Assembly: GCA_036172245.1 (NCBI GenBank)
Contig: JAYWIR010000076.1
Span: 186,001-250,000, forward strand
DNA from: Raillietiella orientalis
Taxonomy: Eukaryota
Reading direction: 5' to 3'
Length of the DNA: 64,000 nucleotides
Below, one piece after another: positions 25,328 through 36,185 of this stretch. How positions within the stretch are numbered: position 1 is the stretch's first letter; each line of letters begins with the position of its first letter. Under the pieces are notes generated by a model, which saw only the letters and a program-made list of their open reading frames with translations, was not told where the DNA came from and ran no database searches. A program made the translations under genes and the position numbers.

Positions 25328-28300
25328 GTTGCACTATGCTACTTGGCAGATTGCACAGGAACACATAAGTGCGAGCAAAAACGCAGGCACAAAGTTGCCC
25401 GATCGTTGGCGCGGATAGACGCGGAAACACGTCTGCACAGTACGAGTGCAGGAGATCGAGCGTATCTCGGGTGGAAGGCTGCTGTGGCGTTGCTGCACCG
25501 TTAAATCTTGCGGTGACGCGTTCTTGCTTCGTCCAGCTGTAGAGGCTCCGGCAAAGGGCGTGGAGTTCGATAGTGCCGGTCGCGTCATGCAGTTGAACAT
25601 CAGGTGGTCCGACTCCATCCATCCGGTCCTTACCAACGTGTACGCCTGAAGCGGCAGCGACGCGCTAAGGGCAAAGGCGCGGAGAGATTTCTTCCTTACC
25701 CTGAGGCGTGAATATCTGGACGGAGCGGGAGTGCGCAAAGCGCACCTAGTCGCAGGTGACTTTAACCTGCACCTGCGGTCAGGTGCGTCCGACACTCTTC
25801 GGAATCGCGTGAACGTGCTGTGCGCAGAGATGCACACGCGCAACTTGTTCGCGGGAGATCAGGAAATCGCCGACTGCATAGATCACGTGTTCCTTGACCA
25901 GCACCTATGCTCACGCGTGGGCAGGCGCGGCAAGTTCCCTTCGAAACTGTCGGACCGTGACCGGATCGTACTCGAGGTGCGCCCACGCGATTAGGGAACC
26001 CCGTCATCTGCGTGGCGCTTAGTAAAAAGGCTTAGAAAAAAAATTCTACTCCTACCTGTACGCGCGCTTCACTGGAACAGGATGTCTCGCGACTTCTTCT
26101 TCCGGAAGGCGCTCCGGCGATCGGGGAGGAAGATAGAAAGTCCCTCGACGAGCCTTTGACGATGGGCAAGATCATCTCGGCCATCTGAAAGCTCAAGAGG
26201 CTAAAGGCTCCAGGGGAGGACGGCCTGCCAGCGGAATTTCTTTAATGTTTCGCGGAAGAGCTCACTACTCTTGTGAAGAAACTCACCTTGCTGATCCGCG
26301 AAACGGACGACGTCCAGGCCTCGTTTCGTTAAGCAAAGGTGCGTCTCTTCCCTAAGGGAGGAGACCTTCGGACCGTGAGCAACTGGCGGACTAATACCGT
26401 GATAAACGCGGACGCCGGGTTGCAGGCGAAATTGTAGGCTGAACGCCTGCGGCGGTTAGCGGAAAGCTTCATTAGCCCGGAGCAGACATATGCTGTTCCC
26501 GGGCAGAGCATGGACGCCAACCTGTTCCTCGCCAGCACCTTTCTGGCGCTACAACAGGAAAGGGTCAGGGTATGCAACCGGACTTCCGCAATGTCCGCCG
26601 CTAGTCAACGGGACGGTTGGTGAGGGGAGGGAGCCCTCGCAGTCGCAGTCCATTTGCATAAAGCATTCGACTGTGTCGACCAGAGGATCCTGCTGGAGCT
26701 CCTGGAACGCTTGGGCTGCCCGGTATCCTTGCTGACCTACCTGCGATCCTGCTGGCGCGACGCGCTCATCCACATCTTTTTCAGTGGACACACCGTGCAC
26801 GGCGTACCGGTGCGACACGGCATACACCAGGGAGACATCCTGAGTCCCTTGCTCTTCAGTACTTACTTCGAGTTGGTACTGAGAGCGTACAGGGAAACTC
26901 TAGCGCACCTGCCGAGCGAATATTTCGATGCGCTTGCGGTGTCAGGATATGCAGACGACCTACTGCTGCTGCTCCCTATGTGCACCCCGGCATCGGCGGT
27001 CGAGGAGTTCTTCCACCTGCTAAGTCGGGGAACCGGGATAGAGGTGAACAGGGCGAAGTCGTCCGTCATGGCAAACGGTGCGGCGTCGGCAGGGCAGCCG
27101 GACTGGCTCCGTTTGGTGATTTCCACGGTACGGTATTTGAAGTACCTCGGTGTACCCAAGGATAATTATCTCCTTTGGGATGCGTGGTCCAGCTGCCTTC
27201 AAAAGAGCTCGGTAGAGCGGCTGGAGCTCCAGCTCCAGTTTCGGTTATTCGCCCTAGTGGCGAAATATTGGAGAAGGAGCTGGTGCGATCCCGCACGTCT
27301 CCTTGTCGAAAAGGCTACAGGCAATGTAGGACTGTCATCCTTCCTTGCGCTCCGTCGTCGCCGCCAAGGCGGTCACTGCGGGTTGCATCTGCAGAGAGTG
27401 GCTCACTTGATGAGGTTGAACGCAGGATGGCTCTGCTGTCGCCCCGTTAACATACCTGCATTGCTGCACGAAACGGTTCAAACGTGGGCAAGGAGCAACC
27501 AGCAACGCACTCAAGAAGGGCAGAGACAATTCCTGGCCCGTAATGACCGCCTGGCGCTCCAAGAGTTCCTGGAGAACCTCCAAAAACAAGCGTGAGCAAG
27601 AAAAACTCCCCTCACTGCAATGCTGTTTTCGCTCGGGGAACATTTAAACGGCAACACTGCTGCGCAATAGGTTGTTTATGTAAAAATCTTTTGCACGGAG
27701 AAAATGATCGTGGAATGGAAAACGGGAATTCTCTGCGATACCGCGGCCTGGAGTACCACCCCTATTGGACTTTTGCGCTGAAGAGAGCTGCTAAATGTTA
27801 CGCGGGAACAATTATGATTGCCCCTGTAGCTGATGAACACCTCCACCCTCCTCTTAAAATGGCAGGAGGCGGCGCTATTCTTGCTGAATTGGGGACTTCC
27901 ATGAAACGCTTGTCGACACCATTGGAACTAGGGAGCGGTGAACCCTAATTGTGCGAGGTGTGGAGAACGGGAGTTCCTCACTTACCTCCTTTTGGATTGA
28001 GTGGCTTTTCGGTCCCTTTGGAACCGTTTTGTCGCGGCAATCGGTATCCCCTGTAGCAACCCCAGAGACGTAGTTAGATGCCTCTTCGTTTGCGACGCCC
28101 TTCTGCCATCGGCCTCGTTAGCAGCTCTGTGCTGCTATCGCAGGATCGTCGCTGCATGGAGCGAAGCAACGGGAGGACCTCGCGATAAGTGTGCCGTCCA
28201 GTGAGCAGGAGAATTTATGTGGACGGCGACAGGATGGACCCTTCTGGAATCAAACATCCAATAACAGCTTGCCGGCATCCTGCAATGGATGTAACGGCCC

Positions 28301-28539
28301 CACAGCAGACTGTGATCCCTTCCCGTGCCTTCCAGATCTTGATTTTATATATTTCTCTTTTCTGTTTTATTTTTTGTTATGTCGTTGGCCTCTCTGCTGT
28401 CGTGGTTAACCGTAACGGAATACGATCCGGTGACCCGGCTGGCTTAATTTTGTATACCAGTGCGTGGCCGGTCCACCTGGTCAGCACCAACGTTTGTGTT
28501 ATTCGAAAGAATAAACGCACCGGCGCAACCGGGTGAAAA

Positions 28540-29343
28540 ACGAGCTCTCGAACGGCCAAGGTTCGAAGATGCTGGCGGAGGTGCTCCGCAGCCACCGGAT
28601 TTCTCAACCAGTCGGCCGGCAACCTCCAGACGTGCGTCGGAGGGCCCTTGCCAGGCGGGAGTAATTCCAACTCCAGCCTGTGGTGGTCGGAAAGCTCTGA
28701 CGGCACGGGACCTATTCGACTTACCCGACAATGCAGGTGATCGTCGGGGAACACATGGTCCGGCAAAGCACGCATCACGAGATCGTCGGCTAGCAAATTC
28801 GACGCGTGCACGGACGTGCACACGTCGTTCATTATCCGTTTCTCCTGGCGACGGTGAGACTCCTCCGATAGCGCGTGGACGTTAAATTCCCCGGCTACGA
28901 CGTGAGTTACGTCGGTGCCGGAGTTGCTTAGCCAGCGGTCGCGCAGTCTCTCGAGAAACTCCTGTTTATCGGTGCGACGCGCGGAGCCGCTCGGCGCGTA
29001 CACGTTCGTGACGACAAGGTTGATCGATTCGTACCACTTGAGAACAAGTTTGCCCACACGACCTTCCTCGTCGAGACAAACGCTCCGCAGAGCTCCCGCC
29101 ACCCTACTCCGGACAAGGAATGCGACTCCGCAGGTATTCTGGGAGTTTGACCTCCAATGAAGCGTCCCGCCTGCGCGAACTTGCAGATCGGCCGCTTGCT
29201 GCTCGGAGAGTGAGAGAATCTTCTGCAGCAGGGCCAGATTGTAGTCGCGCAAGACGTTGGCAACCAATCCCTTCTTCTCTTTGTCCTGCAGCCCGTTGAC
29301 GTTCCAAGAGGCCACTCACGCGACGGGAAGCGAGACCGCGCAT
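28540..29343 (-). pseudogene. H ORF2 endonuclease domain
   Basis: ASWNVNGL, TNVYAPSG, AGEFNV, SDHH. Confidence 0.9.
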
Positions 29344-29348
29344 TGCTG

Positions 29349-30710
29349 CTACGGACATGGGAGTGCGTTCCTCGCCCCGTCCGGCGAGGCATCAGCCGGG
29401 AGCAGGTCGGATGAGGTCGCGCAAGCGCTTCCTGTCCCCGCCGCGCCGCTCGCGGCTGGCTCGATGGAGTCGAGGACCATTACCTCGGGCTCCGAGGAGT
29501 ATCGGGAACCGTTCCCGGCATCAGGCTCTTGCCTGGCAAGTTTTGGCTTGCGCGCAACAGTGGCCTTGGTCGGGGCTTGCCGAGCCTTAGCGCTGCCCTC
29601 CGACTCCACCTCGGGGTCCAAATTGCGCGCGCGCGGCGGGGGTTTCGCCTGTTTTTTTTTTTTGCTGGCAGATCGGAGCTGGTCCGGCACTCTTAGAGGG
29701 TGCCTTCGTCGCCGATCCCCCTTTCGGGTTCACGGCTTCGGCAGCTCCCCTCTCGCCGCGGGTTTTTGCGGCAACGCGCGCGGCGGCAGCAGAGGCTTTA
29801 TCTTGCGCCCTCCTTGGCGCGCGGGGCTGCCTCTTCACCCCGCCTACCTTTTTGATCGGGAAGTGGAAAGGATCGCGCGGTTTGCGCTATTTCTTCCTTC
29901 CCTCAACAAAGGTGCAGCCATCCTCGCCGCCTTCCGGTTTGCCTCGGTTGGGCGCGAGGGCTTCCAGGGTCCTTTGCATCCTTTCCAAGGCCTCGGATAC
30001 GGCGATGTAGGGCAGTGTCTCCTTCGCTAGGTCTGTTTTTTGCACCTCCTTGCCGGAATGTGCGGGCAGAGTGGCGGGATTCTCGGAGGTCGCGCGAGGC
30101 TTTTCAGCCTTTGCTGGCGTACGGCCCGCTGTGGCCGGCTTGCTTGTCGCGGACAAAGGGGCACGCGATTCGTTTTTCGCCGCTCCGGTGGACTTCCCGG
30201 GCGTGCTACCGCTATTTCTCTCCGGAGAGAGAGCGGACCGAATGGGTGGTTTTGCCACCTGCCCGATGTTATCGGCGGGCTGGGTCGCTCGGGGCTTTAC
30301 GGAAGCAGCTTGGAGAAGCTTCTTGTCCTTTCGCGCGGGTTTTTGTGGAGCATTGCTCCGAGACTCTCCTGAGCAAGCTGACTTTTCACTTCTCCGCCGC
30401 GAATTCTTGTTCGCGCCGGATTTCTTCCTCGACGACGGGGCGGATGGAGTCGACGCGGACGGCGATATTGCGGGGAGATTTCTCGCCCTTCTCTTTTGTT
30501 TTAGCTCGGCGCTCTCGTTAATCGAGTGGCCGAGCAGCTTACAGTATCGGCAACTGCGTGTTCGGCACTTCCGCGGACGGTGGCCCTCCTTCCCGCTGTC
30601 GCATCAAGCAGGGGTTTGCCCGGAAAACCGGAGATAGACGACGACGTCACCGAGGAGGATCTGCGAAGGCATGAGCCTCCGGTCGTATATGGTGACGCGC
30701 GCCGTGGCGA
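29349..30710 (-). pseudogene. H ORF1, 3' portion, disrupted
   Basis: ARVTIYDRRLMP...GQT, GKEGHRPRKC, CRYCKLLGHS, Lys/Ala-rich tail. Confidence 0.75.
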
Positions 30711-30975
30711 TTCACACCCGGATGTGCCGGGGCATTTATTTCTTTGAAATAAAAATGCATGAAATGTCGTGTGGCGAACCTGAAGGTTCACCACTCCAAA
30801 ACAGCTTGCTGGTTGTTGGCTCCATGCCGGAGAGGTCTTTCCGATGCGCGGGAATGGGAAATAACAAACAAAAAGAAACAGAAAGTTTAAATGTGGGGGG
30901 GGGAACAAATGTTTTAGGGGTGGGAGGGCAGGGAAGGGATCACGTTGCGCGTGGAAAGGTTCTCTAGATCCGATT
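30711..30975 (-). mobile_element. Short 3' end of a family J element (J1) abutting H ORF1
   Basis: Minus-strand AATAAATGCCCCGGCACATCCGGG at 30740-30717; 30865-30970 resembles 31155-31255. Confidence 0.7.
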
Positions 30976-30989
30976 TCGATGCGATTGTC

Positions 30990-32100
30990 GATTCGAAATC
31001 GTATTTGATATTCCTAGGAATTTATTTTTAACAAACAAAAGAACAAGGAATTTCCTTGTTGCTAGCCCGGAAGCTCACCATCCTAAGGCAGCTTGCTAGG
31101 AGCCGGTGCGGAACCGGCGAAGTCCATCCCACGCGCGTGGGTCGGGAAAGAAAAAACAACAGAAACAAAAAGTACAAACCTGGGTGGGCACAAATGTGTT
31201 AGGGATGGGAGGTCAGGGAAGTAATCACTGTGCGCAAGGAATTCTCTTGTAGATCCTCTTGAGGATACTCACAAGCTGAGTCCTATCTGCGTTCAAATGG
31301 CGCCAGTTGCACACTTCGCCCGAAAGTGCGAATCCAATGTAAGACGTTGCCGGTTGTTTAACGTCTTCTTCTGGTAGCGTTCCAAGCCGCCACGATCCCC
31401 CGAATGCAGCAGAGGATTGCTACACAGTTGGGCAAGGACAAGGCTCCGCGACAGAAGAGGCGCCTGAAAACGTCTTTAAGGCAGCATCCGAGCAAGTCCA
31501 AAATCGCCGCAAGACGATCCCAGGAAGTTCGGAGGGCACTCCACAAACTCAGAAGGTGGGGGAATGTCTCTTTCTTCCTGCACCAGTCGCACTGGGGATT
31601 CACAGCCCCCGTGTGGTATGATGCAGGCTTGCTTTAAAGGGTAAACTTCAATGTACAACAAGCAACGCCACCTCCTGCCATTTCAGGGGAAGGATTAACT
31701 GTTCCTGGACTCTGGGTCTACTTCATCTCCTCCGGAGATAGTCCGAGTAGCTCGCCCCAGCGCCTAATTCCGTTTGGCGGGACAATCGGCATCGCAGCGT
31801 CCGCTAGCCGCCGAGATGTCCACGCATTAATCGTTTGTGTCCTGCCTTCTTTGGTGCAGGACACGGTTCATTTCCCCTGCTCGCTACTGCCCCTGGCGTT
31901 TAGAAGGAAGGGCAGCACTGGGGCAAGGGGGGTTATCAGGGCCCACTTGAGCTTATCGTGGGACTGCACGATATCCTGCAGCTTCCATCGAGCGTGCCTT
32001 TGCAGTCAAGTGTTCGCAGCTTCCGCTAGCTGGGGAGATGTTCGCGCCTTGATTGATCGGTTCCTGACTTTAACGACGCAAGACGCTATTGATTTTCCTA
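30990..32100 (-). mobile_element. Decayed 3' portion of a second J element (J2): ORF2 C-terminus and 3'UTR
   Basis: NPQCDWCRKKETFPHLL...CCIRGIVAAW; AATAAA at 31026-31021. Confidence 0.7.
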
Positions 32101-33099
32101 GCTTGACGCTCATGGAACTTTTTCCTGAGGGCATGCATTTTTCCTCGATGCGTCAGATGTCTCCGAGGAGGAAGTCGTCGCTTCTGGATCTCTGTTCGTG
32201 CCCACCGAATTCAAATGGAAGTCCGTAGCCCTGCCAAGATCAAGTCGCATTTTGCGGAACGTGTGATGGCTTTGTTACAGGGTCCTTACTATTGAGGGCA
32301 CTGTCCTTACCTCCTTCTCCAAAGAGGTAGCAGAAGCATATCAACATCCCTCGTTGCTGTCGAGAGGCTTGTCAATACCGTTCTCCATATCTGTTATCAG
32401 GACACTTTCTTCAATAAAATTTGGTAATAAAGTCTATGAGTTTTCTAAAGCGAAACACGTGATTGCGCCTGCCTTGTAGCACTTGTCTTTACAGGGCTGC
32501 CGCATGGGATGAAAAGCCACAAAAAGACAAACAGGTGGGAGCAAAGGTCAATGTTCTCCGGGGAGGGAGAGAAGGGACAGCGGAACTCCGCGAGTAATCC
32601 TCTGCATCCCGTTTGAAATGCAAACGAGTAGAGATCTCAAAGTTTAAACCTGGAGCCCTCGGGAGGCATCCATCATGAAGATGACTGCCCGGTGTATGCC
32701 ATTCCGGCTATTGATGCCTCTACGCGATGCAGTCCACCTATCCGGGATTCTGTATGTCTGCAACAGAGAACTGCTGCACACATAGCTGGTGGCAAGGAGC
32801 CCCACATTAGTAGAGCATAGAAAATGCCCTGTAGCTCGTCAAACGGAATGCTAAAACTCGACGAAATTCAATTCCACATTGGATAGAAGGCGATACATTC
32901 GTTTAGCAGAGAAGGAAAGTTTTCCCTTACCCCTCAACCTAAACAATTGAAATGCAAACAACCTAATGTCCAGAGGGGAGAACGTGCTCTGCAAAGAAGT
33001 CCCCAATGCAACACTAGTAATGCATTTTTCTGATAATCCAGGGAGAAGGTGTCGTTGTACAACGCCTCCAGCATCCTCTGGATCACTCTACTTTCTCGG

Positions 33100-33560
33100 G
33101 AGAAATGCTTAGCAGCACACCCCAGCGCACCAGTCCTTTAGCTGGTATCCTGAGAGTATGCCCAACTACACCAGCGGTGTCGTCTTCTACCAACGATCTG
33201 CTGCTGCTTCACCCTATGTTCATCTCGGCAATGGCGCTTTTGAAAATTTCTTCGAGCTGCTACTCCGGAGGACAAGAATGGAGATAAACAGAACTAGTCA
33301 TTCATTTTACGTGCTCAGGACTGTAGGACTGTTTCCGATTAAAAATCTCCGCGATCCTGTTCTTCAAGTACCACGGTGTGCCGATGGAAAATCACTCAAC
33401 AGAGGAGGCGTGATCTAGCTGCCTCTAAAAGGTTGAAACGGCGATCCTTCCATTTCTAAATGTTCAACGATTTTTGTCGGAACATGCTGCGGTATAGATA
33501 ACTTTCGTGGCTCCGCTTTTGCATCTCTTGCTTTCTGTTTGTTTCTCAATCCAGAAAAGT
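33100..33560 (+). pseudogene. Highly decayed RT relic of the same L1 group
   Basis: CPTTPAVSSSTNDLLLLHPM and ENFFELLLRRTRMEINR match CPGTPAVSAYADDLLLLLPM and EDFFELL.RGTG.EVNR. Confidence 0.7.
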
Positions 33561-34936
33561 AAGAAAGAAAAGTAGAACTTCGAAGTGATCGATTTCTGGA
33601 ACAAAAAGAGTTAAGAAGCCCAATTCGAGGACATGGACTCACCGCAAAGGATGACATCCACGAACTTCCTATGTGGAATTAGCACAGCTTTAGCTCCAAA
33701 TAACGATTGCTGCTTTTGCTACAAAGTTTTCGAGCACAAGTGCTGCGTCCAAGCACGGCTCCACTTCCAGTTAGCTAGCGGAGACGCGGGCATTGCATTT
33801 TTAATCGCACTGCGTCGCCATCACATCGTCTACTGTAGATTGCAGCTTCCGAGGGCGAGAAACGTAAAAAAAAAAATTTTGAGATAAATCCACTACTATT
33901 CTAATAGCGATTGAGCCTAGATGGACGAGACCATTTGCTAGTGGGTCAGAAGCCATGCGAAAAACTTGGAACTGGTGCAACGGTTTTCGATCATGAGACA
34001 CAGCCGTTGCACGCTTTGGGAGTTCCTCAAACATCCCAGTGAAAGGGCGTGAGCAGTAAGAACATTTTTCGTAGTAGCTCTGTCATTACTCAAAGAATGC
34101 CTCAGCAGTAGCATAGCGGAGAAATGAGGAGTGAAGGTCATCACTGCCCACAGGCAGAAAGGACCAAGCGTGTGAAACCGGAGCAGCTCAATGACGCTAA
34201 AAGAACTCCCTGTGGAGAAGAAACCTGTTAAAACAATAAAAAAGACTAACAAAATCAGCCAGCAATTTTTTAATAATAGAGTTCTTCGGTAAAAGATGGA
34301 TTCACCGTGGCTGCTGTTCGGAGCGGTTCTTAAAACTAAAAGGGAGATTTCCTGTACCAATGGAGCAAACATCCGCACTACAACCAACACTCACAAAAGA
34401 AGCCCTCAAATAAGTGATGGGAAGGAAATGGCTCATGAAGGATGCTGATTGCTTTGAAAGACGTAAAACCACCAGGTCATCTTCAAGTAGATAATTTCGA
34501 AAAGTTGCGACAACGACTTCTTCCTTCAAGAGGAGAAACATATTCTACAACTCCTTTCATGAGTTCAATACCAAAGAAGTGAAGCAACATGGAGGTCAGT
34601 TCTTAAGTAAAACCAACGGTGCAGCTTTTTCGCAAACTTTCTGCGGAACCAAATTAACAGCAACAAAGCCAAATGTCGGCATAACAAAATAAAAAAAAGA
34701 ATGAGACAAGCAAAAATAAGAGCGAAGAGTCTTTTCTATGGCTAAAAGAAAAACAAATAAAAATGAATCATAACCTAGGAAACCAATTCAAAATACCTAA
34801 CTTTAGTTCTCCGTTTCATTCACATTACTCAGCTTCATCTTATTGACAATTTAAAATCAACCCCTCCAAAAATCTAAACAACTAAGTATGACATAAAGGC
34901 AACCATAAGAATTCTGAAATTGTGGGTTCAGCCTCC

Positions 34937-35323
34937 ATGGACGCAAATACTTTCGATTTGGATTATCATCAACAGTGGCAGGTCGTAACAGGACACATGA
35001 TACTGTCAGACTGGGTGAACAGAACCGAATATGAAGCCGTATTCCGCCACTGGATCTTTCGGCATCTCATCTCAACATATATCCATTCTGACGAAATTGA
35101 AAGAATACCAAACATTTCTGACTATATGATAACAAAACTTCAAAGAGCTCGAATCTACACTTTGGGAGATCTGTACATGCAACTCAGAAATAATTCTTAT
35201 GTACCTCGCCTATTTCTAAGGACAATGACGACCCTCATACGAGATCACCGACCGCAGATCCTGGATGAACTGAGATATCTCTTATTAGTCCTGTACACCT
35301 GGATTTTATTTAGAAACCAGTAA
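34937..35323 (+). CDS. 128-aa intronless ORF, divergent BAF-like / helix-hairpin-helix candidate
   Basis: Clean ATG-to-TAA ORF in AT-rich DNA. IERIPNISDYMITKL...Q...LF...LYTW follows the spacing of BAF VGSLAGIGEVLGKKL...Q...LF...LREW (BAF sequence recalled; aligned by eye). Confidence 0.45.
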   Translation: MDANTFDLDYHQQWQVVTGHMILSDWVNRTEYEAVFRHWIFRHLISTYIHSDEIERIPNISDYMITKLQRARIYTLGDLYMQLRNNSYVPRLFLRTMTTLIRDHRPQILDELRYLLLVLYTWILFRNQ

Positions 35324-35403
35324 GAGGGAAAAACTGCAAATAAAAGGAAAAACAAGAATTTTCAAAGGGTAAATCTACAATGCACAAAACTAAACCTAGT
35401 AAA

Positions 35404-35595
35404 GTTAGGTTAAGATAGGATAAGGTAGGTTAAGTTAGGTAATGTTCGGTCAGGTAAGGTTAGGTTAGGGTGGCTTAAAGTAGGTTTTTAGGTTAGGTTC
35501 GGTTAACATGGATGAAGTTCGGTAGGTTAGGGTGGGTTAAGTTTGGTAAGGTTAGGTTGGGGTAGGCAAGGATAAGTTCGGTTCGGTTCGGTTCA
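35404..35595 (+). repeat. Degenerate (TTAGG)n-like pentamer tract
   Basis: GTTAG/GTAAG/GTTCG/GATAG 5-bp periodicity over ~190 bp. Confidence 0.8.
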
Positions 35596-36185
35596 GCACC
35601 GTGCCTGGCCTTTTCGGAACGGGCCGATTGCCAGCATCACCTTTTCGAGACGGACAGACCAGACTTTCCCGGCCCAGAAGTCCCCCAACGGAGAGCCAAG
35701 GTGCTTAAAGTACCCGCTTGTGGAGATCCCTAAGCTGATCCAGTCCGAACGTGCTGCCCGCGACAGGTACATAAATAATGCTCACGACTTCATATTGTTG
35801 ACCTCCAGACATGTTCCGCGGCGTAGCAACTAGAAGAAATCCTCGACCGCCGATGCCGGGGTGGACCCGGGAAGCAGGAGCAGAAGATCGTCGGCATAGG
35901 CCGACACGGCAGGCGTGCCGGGACACGAGCTCGGCAGGGTTGCCAAAGTCTCCCTGTATGCTCTCAGCACCAACTCAAAGTAGATGGTGAAGAGCAAGGG
36001 GCTGAGGCTCTCACCCTGGAGGATTTTGCGTCTAGCCGGCACCCCGTACACGTGCCGGTCACTGAAAGTGATGTTGAGCAGAGCGAAGCGCGAGCCGAAG
36101 CGCAGGTAGGCCATGAAGACGGCTGGAAATCCCACGCGTTCCAGGAGACCCAAGAAAAGATCCTGGTCGACGCTTTACGCCCGTT
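35596..36185 (-). mobile_element. RT fragment, probably the downstream part of the B-like element B'
   Basis: LQGESLSPLLFTIYFELVLRAY...SAYADDLLL. Confidence 0.8.

Larger units (their letters stand above)
19498..25450 (-). mobile_element. Full-length element D1 (~5.95 kb), the least decayed copy in the window
   Basis: Flanked by GGAGAT (19492-19497, 25451-25456). Intact ORF1, near-complete ORF2, 3' AATAAACGCCCCGGCATGACCGGG. Confidence 0.93.
17608..28539 (+). mobile_element. Element C, full span, interrupted by D1; 6-bp TSD
   Basis: ACGAGC at 17602-17607 and 28540-28545. ORF1 17707-19334 (CGHCSTSRHLKKRC, CNQCKQPGHTLPVC). Endonuclease 19334-19497 resumes at 25451. RT has GYADDLL. 3' hairpin at 28510-28535. 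Confidence 0.88.
4041..30710 (-). mobile_element. L1/Tx1-type element H, split into four pieces (4041-6386, 12356-12638, 17352-17607, 28540-30710) by insertions A, B and C
   Basis: The ORF2 reading continues across each insertion: AVRELV|DWDDLKRSV, ADV|RR..FYYSLYA, SSLMR|ETGDVP. 3' hairpin at 4048-4062; endonuclease at 28540-29343; ORF1 at 29349-30710. Confidence 0.85.

Noticed and set aside
32100..34900. Short ORFs in the inter-nest spacer
   Set aside because: Apart from the RT relic at 33.1-33.6 kb there are no interpretable motifs; probably old decayed repeats.
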